Virus record (IMG/VR): IMGVR_UViG_3300045988_055798
Length of the DNA stretch: 40,247 nucleotides
Reading direction: 5' to 3' (one strand)
Source: a virus
Each line of letters starts with the position of its first letter. Position 1 is the first letter of the stretch. The position numbers and the translations under genes are program-made. This document shows, one piece after another, positions 1 to 7,578 of this stretch. Below the pieces are notes generated by a model, which saw only the letters and a program-made list of their open reading frames with translations, had not been told where the DNA came from and made no database searches.

Positions 1-119
1 CACCGCCTTTCACCCGCTCCTGCTGGAGCAGACGGATTTCCTGGTGGGCCAGTCCCGGCATGATAGCCCCGAAGGGCTCAAAAAAGTGGTTGGGGCCGGA
101 GGCAAAGGCGCGTATGTCC
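1..119. repeat. Terminal redundancy, left copy (identical to 40129-40247)
   Basis: Read by eye: caccgcctttcacccgctcc...ggcaaaggcgcgtatgtcc occurs exactly at both window ends. This implies a circular or circularly permuted molecule of 40128 unique bp. Confidence 0.95.
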
Positions 120-388
120 GGGATGCTCTTGCCGAGAACCGCCCCCCGGTGAATGATGAGCTCGTCACCGGCCTGGATGTCCACTTCGTTGTCACACTGG
201 AGCCAGTCCTTTTGGTCTGCTGATGCCGCGGCCTGGCTCATGCGGACCTCCGGCGCTTCCACCTGATAGAGGCGGCAAGGGATATTCCGGTACAGCTCTC
301 TCCGCTCGTGGCGTGTCAAGCTCCCATCCTGTACCGGAACCACCCGCCAGATGTCCACGGTATCGGTGTACCAGTCGCGGAAATTCAT
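1..388 (-). CDS. Head-tail adaptor / head-closure-like protein, 5' part of a gene split by the linearisation point (144 aa when joined to 40128..40082)
   Basis: ATG at 388. Hand translation gives MNFRDWYTDTVDIWRVVPVQDGSL...IPCRLYQVEAP...DIQAGDELIIHRG... with no stop down to base 1. It is absent from the ORF track because no stop lies in the window on this side. It sits between the connector and gp10-like genes. The listed ORFs 10..195 and 192..395 are off-frame. Confidence 0.6.
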   Translation of the reverse strand, partial: MNFRDWYTDTVDIWRVVPVQDGSLTRHERRELYRNIPCRLYQVEAPEVRMSQAAASADQKDWLQCDNEVDIQAGDELIIHRGAVLGKSIPDIRAFASGPNHFFEPFGAIMPGLAHQEIRLLQQERVKGG

Positions 389-873
389 AAGACATAACTC
401 CCTCCCATGCCCACCAGCCTGGCCTTTGTGGCCAGAAGCTGCCCGTATTGGGTGGCGTTCAGGTCGCCCCAGTCCTCCGTCGCTTTCGTGAGGGCGTCTG
501 TGTCATAAGTGACACTGTCCTGCCCCAGCTTGGCCGAGGCCACCACCCCCACCAGCGCCCCGGTGGCCGCGGCCTGCCCGGGCGTCTCGCTGGAGGGCGC
601 GTAGGTTTTCAGGTAGAGCGTGGCATAGTGGGCCGTATACAGCCCTGCGGCGTACCGCGAGCCGTCCAGCCACTTGTCCGGCTGGATGGCAGCATTGGCC
701 TGCCGGATGAACTCATCCAGCATGGTCCTGGGCAGCAAGCTCTCCCCCAACCCGGTAAAGAACTGCGGGAAATCCTCCTGGAATTGCTCTGCCGTGTAAT
801 TCCCCGCGCTGTTGCCAAGGTTGGCCGCCGCGGCCCGCACACCGTAAAATTGCGGCTGGCCCCAGTAGAACAT
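385..873 (-). CDS. Head-tail connector protein, DUF4054-like
   Basis: 162 aa. FQEDFPQFF...AGLYTAHYATLYL...SAKLGQDSVTY matches the DUF4054 pattern recalled from memory. Downstream of the capsid gene. Confidence 0.6.
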   Translation of the reverse strand: MFYWGQPQFYGVRAAAANLGNSAGNYTAEQFQEDFPQFFTGLGESLLPRTMLDEFIRQANAAIQPDKWLDGSRYAAGLYTAHYATLYLKTYAPSSETPGQAAATGALVGVVASAKLGQDSVTYDTDALTKATEDWGDLNATQYGQLLATKARLVGMGGSYVL

Positions 874-885
874 GGCTCCCGCCTC

Positions 886-1122
886 CTATTCCTCGGTGGT
901 CTCCGCGCCCCGTCGGGTCTTTACCTTTTTCTCCGCCGCTTTCTGTCCCTCCCTGTCGGAAGTGCCGGAGGGCACAACTTTTCCATCTCTGACAAGGGCC
1001 CGGAAATAGTCCGTCTCAGCCGCCCAACCGGGCACAGTCTCCATCATGCCAGCCCGCAGCCGGACGGCAGCAGAGCCGTCCGGGGCGGGAATGACAATGT
1101 TCCGTTTGCTCAGTACAAACAT
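886..1122 (-). CDS. Hypothetical small head-module protein (78 aa)
   Basis: ATG at 1122 preceded by GAGGAGG, just after the capsid stop at 1134. The longer 110-aa track version would overlap the capsid gene. Confidence 0.5.
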   Translation of the reverse strand: MFVLSKRNIVIPAPDGSAAVRLRAGMMETVPGWAAETDYFRALVRDGKVVPSGTSDREGQKAAEKKVKTRRGAETTEE

Positions 1123-1133
1123 GCGCGCCCTCC

Positions 1134-2171
1134 TCAGATGCCGTCCACGTACAGGATAGAGGTGGGGTAGAAGAGCTGCACCTCGGAGAGGTTGGCCATG
1201 TAGGCGGTGTCGTAGCACACATTGGCCACGTTAGGGGCGGACATGATGCGGCTCATGGGCACCAGCTCGTCCATCTTGACGAAGCGCTCGTGGTTCACAT
1301 AGACCACCATCCGGTCCTTGTCCCCGGTACCCGCGCCCTTGCACCACCGGGTGGCCCCGATGAAGAGGGAGCCGCCGTTCTTGGCCGCCGCGTTGTTCTT
1401 CAGCAGGAAGTCATAGATGGTCTCGGTGGCCAGGTCGGTAACCATAGTGGTGAGGATGTAGTTGTACTGCTCATAGGGAATGAGGATGTGGTTGGGCACA
1501 GCAGTCTCGTCGTACTCGTTTGCGGCCCACACAGAGGTAATGGCGTCGTTCACGTCCTTGAGGATTTCCTGGGGGGTCTTGGTGGCCCAGGCGGCGGTGC
1601 CCTTTGCGCCGTTGACGGCGGTGGTCTCGGTGGCGTCTGGGTTGTTGACCAAGCCGGTGGTCCCGTAGTCCCCGATACCCACATAACCATTGGCGTCCAT
1701 GTGCTTGTCGTAGGCCATTCTCACGCCGTCCTGGAGCAGGTTGTCCAGGCTGCGGCCGATGTAGTTGGCCCGCTGCATATCCTGGAACATCACCCGCAGG
1801 GCGGCGGCGAACACGTGGGCCTTGTATACCCCCTTGTCCACACTGGCCTGCACCACGGGAATGCCGTTGGCGCCGCCGGCCGTCACGGGGCTGTTGACCG
1901 CGCCGCCGGTGATACCATAGGCCACGCTCATGGCGGACACGTAATCCACCCAGCCGCCGCCGGTCTGGATTACGATGTCCCTGGGATAGGTAAAGCTGGT
2001 CAGTGGCTTGCGGATCAGGGGGTCGCGCTTCTCCAGCTCACTCACTAGAAAGGCGCCCCCAGAGGCGATGCCGTCGGCGTCCATGACGGGCACGCCGCCC
2101 ACGGGGGCGGGACCGGCCGCCTTGGGGGTAAACACCCCCGCATTGTAGGTTCCTACATTCTGAAAGCTCAT
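1134..2171 (-). CDS. Major capsid protein (DUF2184-type, HK97-fold family)
   Basis: 345 aa. VSELEKRDPLIRKPL and GGGWVDYVS motifs. Follows the scaffold/protease and decoration genes. Confidence 0.8.
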   Translation of the reverse strand: MSFQNVGTYNAGVFTPKAAGPAPVGGVPVMDADGIASGGAFLVSELEKRDPLIRKPLTSFTYPRDIVIQTGGGWVDYVSAMSVAYGITGGAVNSPVTAGGANGIPVVQASVDKGVYKAHVFAAALRVMFQDMQRANYIGRSLDNLLQDGVRMAYDKHMDANGYVGIGDYGTTGLVNNPDATETTAVNGAKGTAAWATKTPQEILKDVNDAITSVWAANEYDETAVPNHILIPYEQYNYILTTMVTDLATETIYDFLLKNNAAAKNGGSLFIGATRWCKGAGTGDKDRMVVYVNHERFVKMDELVPMSRIMSAPNVANVCYDTAYMANLSEVQLFYPTSILYVDGI

Positions 2172-2186
2172 TCTATGTCCCTCCTA

Positions 2187-2699
2187 TCAGGCGTTGTTCA
2201 TGGTCAGGATACGCAGCTCCGCGACACCGTTGGCATCGGCGGGCCCTGCCCACTGGCAATTGGTGAGCTGCACCACCTTGCCGCTGTCGTCCTCTGCCTC
2301 AAAGCCTCCCACAGCGGCGGTGGAAAAGCTGCCGTTAGCGGTGATGCGGACATAGACCGCGCCGCCCAGAGCGGGAGTGCCGCGCTGGCACTGCACATTG
2401 ATGGCCCCGCGCTGGAAGACGCTCACCGGCTCGCCAGGGGCATACTGGCCCTGACTCTGGTCCAGATAGGTGAGCGCGCTCTTGATCTCAGCTCCGGCCA
2501 CGCCCACAAACTGGGCCGCGGTTGCGGCCGCTCCCATGGGGACTACCTCTGCTCCGTCGTATTTCAGCGGCGTGCCGAAGGGAATGGGCGCACCGCCTCC
2601 GGCGGGGCGCGTGTTTACAATCATGTCAGGCTGCCGGGCGTAACAGCCCGCAAACCCGTGGGGCATTTCCTTGCCGATCACCTGGGGGTTGAGTCCCAT
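2187..2699 (-). CDS. Capsid decoration/cement-like protein, short paralog
   Basis: 170 aa from ATG 2699 (AAGGAG 8 nt upstream). Shares [21 protein letters not shown], [10 protein letters not shown] and NGVAELRI blocks with 2712..3521. Confidence 0.6.
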   Translation of the reverse strand: MGLNPQVIGKEMPHGFAGCYARQPDMIVNTRPAGGGAPIPFGTPLKYDGAEVVPMGAAATAAQFVGVAGAEIKSALTYLDQSQGQYAPGEPVSVFQRGAINVQCQRGTPALGGAVYVRITANGSFSTAAVGGFEAEDDSGKVVQLTNCQWAGPADANGVAELRILTMNNA

Positions 2700-2711
2700 A
2701 ATATTCACTCC

Positions 2712-3521
2712 TTACGATGTAGCCAGCATCCCCGCGGTGCGGAGCGCGGCCAATAGGTTGTTGAAATCCTGCTGCGTGGGGGCTGCGCTCAGGTCCGCAA
2801 TGGCGGCCATCTGCTTCACGCCTCCGAGGGTGGCTGCGGCGGCAGCGGGCAGTGTATACGACGGCCCGGCCGGCCCCTGGTCACCCTTTGGCCCTTTGGG
2901 GCCTTCCGGTCCTGCGGGCCCCTGCGGCCCAGTTTCCCCTTGCGGTCCCGGTTCCCCCTGTGGGCCGGGGTCCCCTTTGGGGCCCTGAGGCCCCGCAGTG
3001 CCCTGCGCTGCGGGCACTGGCCCCACATAGGCAATGCGCAGCTCGGCCACGCCATTCCCGTCCGCCGGGCCGCCCCACTGGGCGTTGACCAGCGCCACAG
3101 TGTTTTCCCCGTCCGCCTCCGCCTCGAAGTCGCCCGGCTGATAGCCTCCGCTGGCAGTTACCCGGACATAGACTGTTCCATCCACCGCCGGAGCGCCCTT
3201 CCGGCACCTTACGTTGATGCACCCTCGCTGGAATACGGAGACTGGTTCTCCCGGGCCGTACCGCCCCTCATTCTGGCTGTAAAACTCGGACGCGGACTTG
3301 ACCTCCCGGCCGGCCACGCCGATGAACTGGTTTCCGGTGTTTCCAGCCCCCATGGGGATCACCTCGCCCTTCTGCCCCCGTACCAGGGGCATCCCGAAGG
3401 GTATGTCCTCCGCTCCGCCCAAAGGGGCGGTGGTGACGATCATATCCGGCTGTCTGGCATAGCTGCCGGAAAAGCCATGGGACATATCCCGGCCAATGGT
3501 CTGAGGACGAAGGGGCATCAT
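2712..3521 (-). CDS. Capsid decoration/cement-like protein with collagen-like repeat and C-terminal tail
   Basis: 269 aa. The N-terminal ~165 aa are paralogous to 2187..2699, followed by a Gly-X-Y run and then a [14 protein letters not shown]...[15 protein letters not shown] tail. Confidence 0.65.
   Translation of the reverse strand: MMPLRPQTIGRDMSHGFSGSYARQPDMIVTTAPLGGAEDIPFGMPLVRGQKGEVIPMGAGNTGNQFIGVAGREVKSASEFYSQNEGRYGPGEPVSVFQRGCINVRCRKGAPAVDGTVYVRVTASGGYQPGDFEAEADGENTVALVNAQWGGPADGNGVAELRIAYVGPVPAAQGTAGPQGPKGDPGPQGEPGPQGETGPQGPAGPEGPKGPKGDQGPAGPSYTLPAAAAATLGGVKQMAAIADLSAAPTQQDFNNLLAALRTAGMLATS
2862..3002 (-). repeat. Collagen-like Gly-X-Y tract (about 15-16 triplets) inside the CDS
   Basis: aa 174-220: [47 protein letters not shown]. 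Confidence 0.9.
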
Positions 3522-4750
3522 TCCCCCTCCTTCCCCGCCTTGTGGGGATTACGGGCTGCATAGGCGGCCTGCGCCTCGGCGCAGGCAGTCTCATAGCTGG
3601 TGCGCCTGGCCGTGTCGGCGGCCTTCTGTGCGCTGTCCCGGGCGGCCTGAACAATCCCGCTCATCACATCGGGACCCTGGATGGTGGAGAGCAGCGCATC
3701 CACCACGCGGGCGCGTTCGGCCCGGTTCTGGATGGCCGCCACAGCGGGGCGCACCTTCTTGAGCAGGGCCACAGCCGCATCCCGTGTACCGGGCTCCATC
3801 AACTGGTCCGCCATTTCTTCGGCGGGGATAGTGACCGCCTTCTCCTTCGCCACCGTCTCCTCTCCGGCCAGCTTCTCAATCAGGTCGTCCAGGTCCTCTT
3901 CATCGTGGAGGGGCCGCTCTCCCCGGCCTCCCCGGGCCTTCGCCTCCAGCATCTCCAGAATGCGGTCCAGCTTGCTCCCGATGTCGTCGCCCTTGGGGGC
4001 GCGCTCCACCATCTCGTCAGAAGCCTGGGCTGCATCACCAGCGGGTTCCGCCTCCGGCGCCTTTGCGGCGGGTTCGGCGTCCAGCGCAGTGGCGACCGTA
4101 CTCACATCGCGGGTCAACTGCTCCAGCTCCTCCGGTGCAGCGTCATTTGCCGCCAGGCCGAAGAACCGGTAGAGCGCCTCTTTGGTCTCTTTTTTCATTC
4201 GTTTCAGTCCTTTCTCCGCCTTTCCGGCGGCGTGGTCTTTTATTGCAACACTGTGGCCCGCCCTGCCTCTCGGCACAACCGCCACGTGATTGCCCACCAG
4301 GTTTGTCTGCCGGTATCCGTCCAGGTATGGTTCAAACCTGCAATAATAGCCGCAGGAGACCTCCCTCAGCACGCCGCTTTCCACGTCGGAAGCCAGTCCG
4401 GGGTCCTTGATAATCAGGTCGGCCACGGTGTTGTCCCCATCCCGGCGCACATGCTCCAGGTGCCCCTTGGAGTAGGAAGCCTGGTTCTCCGCAGCCAGCA
4501 TCTCCGCCGGGTGCCCCCTGGTGATGTCCTTTCCCTCCAGGCTGGCCAGCGCCGCCGGAGAGAACACGTCCTCCTCCAGGCGGTAGACGGTCACTGGCCG
4601 CTCCGGTTCTCCTTCCAGCCCCAGTTCTCCCGCCGTATACATCTGCGTGCCGGTCCGGTTGATCGGCACATCGTAGCAGATCAGGTATCCCTCCGGCGTC
4701 TTGACCAGGTGCTCCGAGATATGGGAGCCATAGTACGCAACCGCCATCAC
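3518..4750 (-). CDS. Prohead protease/scaffolding fusion-like protein (DUF2213 N-terminal domain)
   Basis: 410 aa. The N-terminal domain carries [13 protein letters not shown]. The C-terminal half is Ala/Glu/Lys-rich and helical, which is scaffold-like. Confidence 0.65.
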   Translation of the reverse strand: MMAVAYYGSHISEHLVKTPEGYLICYDVPINRTGTQMYTAGELGLEGEPERPVTVYRLEEDVFSPAALASLEGKDITRGHPAEMLAAENQASYSKGHLEHVRRDGDNTVADLIIKDPGLASDVESGVLREVSCGYYCRFEPYLDGYRQTNLVGNHVAVVPRGRAGHSVAIKDHAAGKAEKGLKRMKKETKEALYRFFGLAANDAAPEELEQLTRDVSTVATALDAEPAAKAPEAEPAGDAAQASDEMVERAPKGDDIGSKLDRILEMLEAKARGGRGERPLHDEEDLDDLIEKLAGEETVAKEKAVTIPAEEMADQLMEPGTRDAAVALLKKVRPAVAAIQNRAERARVVDALLSTIQGPDVMSGIVQAARDSAQKAADTARRTSYETACAEAQAAYAARNPHKAGKEGE

Positions 4751-4965
4751 TCCACCCCCGGCACCATTGCGGCATAGTCCGCGTCCCGGCCGGTCTGCCG
4801 GGAGATCAGGGAGGAAATCAGCGCCACATGGTCGGTCTCGTCCTTGTTGATCTCCAGCAGCACCCCCAGATCCTCCCGCGGTGCCAGGGCCATACAGGCC
4901 AGATACAGCCGCGTGGCCTCGATCTCCTCGGCCAGCGCCCTTTGCAGCAGTTCCAGATAGGTCAT
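4747..4965 (-). CDS. Two-helix ferritin-like (half-ferritin, rubrerythrin/EncFtn-like) protein
   Basis: 72 aa. E14-x6-Y21 (AEEIEATRLY) and E43-x2-H46 (DETDHV), the signature of one half of a di-iron site. GAGGTG RBS. Confidence 0.4.
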   Translation of the reverse strand: MTYLELLQRALAEEIEATRLYLACMALAPREDLGVLLEINKDETDHVALISSLISRQTGRDADYAAMVPGVE

Positions 4966-4983
4966 GCCGTCACCTCACTTTGC

Positions 4984-5023
4984 AAATAAAAAAGGAGCCG
5001 GCAGGATTTCTCCTGTCAGCTCC
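4984..5023 (-). terminator. Rho-independent terminator inside the head operon
   Basis: Minus strand: GGAGCTGACAGG-AGAAAT-CCTGCCGGCTCC followed by TTTTTTATTT. 12-bp stem with one wobble and one mismatch. Confidence 0.65.
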
Positions 5024-5046
5024 ATTCAGCTCTTCCCGCCCACCAT

Positions 5047-5184
5047 TCAGGGCGTGGGAACAATATTCAGTTTCTTGCGGGATACCGTCTGTACCTTGAT
5101 GGTTCCATCCTTGTCCAGCAGCAACTCCACCCGCAGTCCACGCTTGAGCGCGGCCTCAATGGCCCGTATCACTTGCTCTGTCAT
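5047..5184 (-). CDS. Hypothetical 45-aa protein (below the ORF-track cutoff)
   Basis: Hand translation: MTEQVIRAIEAALKRGLRVELLLDKDGTIKVQTVSRKKLNIVPTP. GGAGTGAAGGAAA precedes the ATG. Starts 7 nt after the upstream stop. Confidence 0.4.
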   Translation of the reverse strand: MTEQVIRAIEAALKRGLRVELLLDKDGTIKVQTVSRKKLNIVPTP

Positions 5185-5190
5185 TTTCCT

Positions 5191-5427
5191 TCACTCCAAA
5201 ATTCCCTGTTCCCTTAGCTGCCGCATGGATTCCCGGTACTTCCTATCCATCTCCTGTTCGGTCGCTTTCCGCTCAATCTCATCATCTGTGATACCATAAA
5301 CCGTCGCCCAATCTTCGGGAGAATCCCCAATATCGGCATCATAGGCTCCCGGCTCATAGACCTCCACAATTGTGGCGATCCGGCCATCCTTAAGTAAAAC
5401 AGATTCATATTGCTGATATTTTGCCAT
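5191..5427 (-). CDS. DUF4926-like small protein (candidate immunity partner of the MuF C-terminal module)
   Basis: 78 aa. YESVLLKDGRIATIVEVYEPGAYDADIGD resembles the DUF4926 SH3-like pattern. Its ATG directly abuts the MuF stop (TAA-ATG). Confidence 0.5.
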   Translation of the reverse strand: MAKYQQYESVLLKDGRIATIVEVYEPGAYDADIGDSPEDWATVYGITDDEIERKATEQEMDRKYRESMRQLREQGILE

Positions 5428-6936
5428 TTATATCTTCTCCATATGAGCTGTTACAAAGTGGGTTGTTCCATCCGGTCTGACATTCCAGGCAAGCAGTACA
5501 TTCGCAGGGCTTCCTTTACGTCCATACAGGACAACCAACTGTTCATAACGCCTTCCATGAACATCCTCCCGTTTGAGTACAGAGGGATACCTTGTTGCTG
5601 CATCCAGAATTTCTTCCCGCATCTTTTCCCAGTTGTCTTTATTATAGCCTAAGCGGGACGAAAATGCATCCCCCTTTGGATACCCGTCTCTGCTTTCCGG
5701 GTTAAAAAAATACCCTGTAAATTTGGCGTCTGCGGCGCTGGCTTTGTCTGCTCCGGGAAGTGCCCGCTCTGGATGCTCCAAAAGCCCGGCCCTCCTGCGG
5801 TAATCCAATCGCCACAGACGGTACCGCTCTCCGTCCTCCCGCTTCTGATGCAGGAAGGTCTCAAATCTCCCGGGCACCCGGTTCCCCAGCGTCACCCGGT
5901 AGCGCTCCCACTGGCGGTAATCCGCCAGCCATTGGGCCCGGGCCCGCTCTTTTTTGCGGTAAGCCGCAATCTGGCTCTCCGACCGCGGGTCTCGGCTGAA
6001 CGGGTTCTTGCGGGGGTTGGAGAAATCCTTTATTTTTTGGATCTCCCCATCTGTCCGGCCCGCCGCCGTCCAGGGCAGCAGCACATGGAGGCAGTTGGGG
6101 TGTATGTTCAGCCAGGTGTTTGCCAGTGTGTCCGGCCCTGCCGGGTCTACCTTCCCGAACGCCGCCGCCAGGGGCGGGAAGTCCGGGTCTGTGCCGCTGC
6201 GGGAGTACACCCGGCCCTCATAGGGTGCGCACAGGGCGCAGGTAGTGCCGTGGCTGGATATCATGTATAGGTCGTGCTCCGGGTCCGCGGTGAGCACCGC
6301 CAACACCTCCGCCTGCCGGGAGGTGGTTCGGGAGACCATCGTGCAGTAGGTATGCAGGCTCCAGTCCCGGCCCGCCTTGTCGGTAAAGGCCCGGACGCCC
6401 TCCCGCCGGAGCGCCTGCACAAAGGAGGGCACCGAGGCGTTCACGCCGCGTCCTGCGGCCTGCTGCTCCGCCACCTGTTCCAGCCCTACCCGGCGGTATA
6501 CGTCCGGCTCCACGCGGCCAAACAGGGCGGATTGCAGGGTAGCCATCACAGTCATGGAGGCGTCGGTTATCTCCCCCATCAAGTTTGCCGCCAGCCGGTC
6601 CACAATGGCGTGCTGCTCACCCGTGAGCACGGCCGCGTTGGCGTAGCCTGCGGCGTGCTTGGCCGCCGTCTCCGGCACCTCCAGGGCCTTCCGGGCCTCT
6701 GGCACCCGGACATAGAACTGCTTTTCAATCATCTTTGGGGCGTATTCCCAGCAGTCTGATTCCATCTGCCGGAGGATGGCCTGCACCCGCTCCAGGGCGG
6801 CCACAGCGTGGTAATCCACCAGGCCCTGGGAGCGAAGCCGCCCGATCTCGTTGATGATGGCGGTTTCCGCTCTTAGATAGATGGAGACGAGCGTTTCCAG
6901 CTCTTTCTCATTCGGCGCCCGATTCAGCGTTGGCAT
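5428..6936 (-). CDS. Head morphogenesis protein (SPP1 gp7 / Mu F family) with an extra C-terminal DUF6883-like module
   Basis: 502 aa. The MuF core ends at NIHPNCLHVLLPW. An Arg-rich linker follows. The last ~100 aa read KFTGYFFNPESRDGYPKGDAFSSRLGY...HFVTAHMEKI. Confidence 0.75.
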   Translation of the reverse strand: MPTLNRAPNEKELETLVSIYLRAETAIINEIGRLRSQGLVDYHAVAALERVQAILRQMESDCWEYAPKMIEKQFYVRVPEARKALEVPETAAKHAAGYANAAVLTGEQHAIVDRLAANLMGEITDASMTVMATLQSALFGRVEPDVYRRVGLEQVAEQQAAGRGVNASVPSFVQALRREGVRAFTDKAGRDWSLHTYCTMVSRTTSRQAEVLAVLTADPEHDLYMISSHGTTCALCAPYEGRVYSRSGTDPDFPPLAAAFGKVDPAGPDTLANTWLNIHPNCLHVLLPWTAAGRTDGEIQKIKDFSNPRKNPFSRDPRSESQIAAYRKKERARAQWLADYRQWERYRVTLGNRVPGRFETFLHQKREDGERYRLWRLDYRRRAGLLEHPERALPGADKASAADAKFTGYFFNPESRDGYPKGDAFSSRLGYNKDNWEKMREEILDAATRYPSVLKREDVHGRRYEQLVVLYGRKGSPANVLLAWNVRPDGTTHFVTAHMEKI

Positions 6937-6942
6937 AGAGTA

Positions 6943-7299
6943 TCACCAGAACTTAGAGAGGACTGTTCCCGCAATCTCACCAGCCGGCCCAAGAAATTCC
7001 GTCACTCGCTTCATGGTGGAGTTTTCTTCCAGGTATTCAATGCCCGCAGGAGTGATTTTTAGGCCGCTGGTTTCCTTGAACTGAACAGGGCTCCCAATTC
7101 TCCGGACTTCTGCAATCCCCTCGATGTATCCATCTGCCAACAGATGGGCCAGCATGTAGGTGAAGTATTCCTCGTGGACTGGGAAGTCCTTTGTGTTGGG
7201 GGCCAGCAGATTCCAGTCAGGGGCTATATTCTGTTTCAGGCATTTATACAGATAACTCAGGAATTTATTGACTAACACAAAGTAATCGTCTTTCGCCAT
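6943..7299 (-). CDS. YjcQ-like winged-helix protein
   Basis: 118 aa from ATG 7299 (GAGAGGGA RBS). LLADGYIEGI...ITPAGIEYLEENSTMKR resembles the YjcQ family. Lies in an AT-rich island. Confidence 0.55.
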   Translation of the reverse strand: MAKDDYFVLVNKFLSYLYKCLKQNIAPDWNLLAPNTKDFPVHEEYFTYMLAHLLADGYIEGIAEVRRIGSPVQFKETSGLKITPAGIEYLEENSTMKRVTEFLGPAGEIAGTVLSKFW

Positions 7300-7301
7300 G
7301 C

Positions 7302-7568
7302 TTATTCCCTCTCGTTGTCTTCCCAAATATCTTCCTGCCCTGGCGGGCAGTCGCCAGTATTATCAGAAAAATAATGATACAGCTCTTGTGTGGTAGCATT
7401 CGGATTTCTTTTTATATATTGCATCATTAAATCTTCCACGCCAAATGCTTCTATCGCTTCAACAAACCACTCTAAATCTTCTTCCAAAAAAGATTCAATT
7501 CTTGATTCCTCTTCATGGACAAAGGGCCGCAGGGCCGCTATTAACTGATAATGTCCATTCTCCCCCAT
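7302..7568 (-). CDS. Strongly acidic 88-aa hypothetical protein
   Basis: 22 Asp/Glu against 5 Arg/Lys by hand count. AT-rich codon usage unlike the neighbouring genes. Confidence 0.5.
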   Translation of the reverse strand: MGENGHYQLIAALRPFVHEEESRIESFLEEDLEWFVEAIEAFGVEDLMMQYIKRNPNATTQELYHYFSDNTGDCPPGQEDIWEDNERE

Positions 7569-7578
7569 AATACAAGCG

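Noticed and set aside
1-119. 119-bp identical ends as a genuine physical direct terminal repeat
   Set aside because: This cannot be decided from sequence alone. The PBSX-type TerL suggests headful packaging, and a repeat of this size fits an assembler overlap on a circular contig. It is reported only as evidence of circular closure.
886-1218. N-terminal extensions of track ORFs (886..1218, 21408..21932, 13574..14026, 12663..13139, 22829..23122, 29906..30490)
   Set aside because: The extensions overlap upstream genes, are compositionally aberrant and lack RBSs. Internal starts with RBSs were used instead.
2862-3002. GC-rich triplet repeat considered as a non-coding tandem repeat or hypervariable/DGR target
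   Set aside because: It is an in-frame Gly-X-Y collagen-like tract. No reverse transcriptase or template repeat exists in the genome, so a diversity-generating retroelement is excluded, even though the DUF2213/DUF2184 head-gene types are, as I recall, shared with the DGR phage BPP-1.
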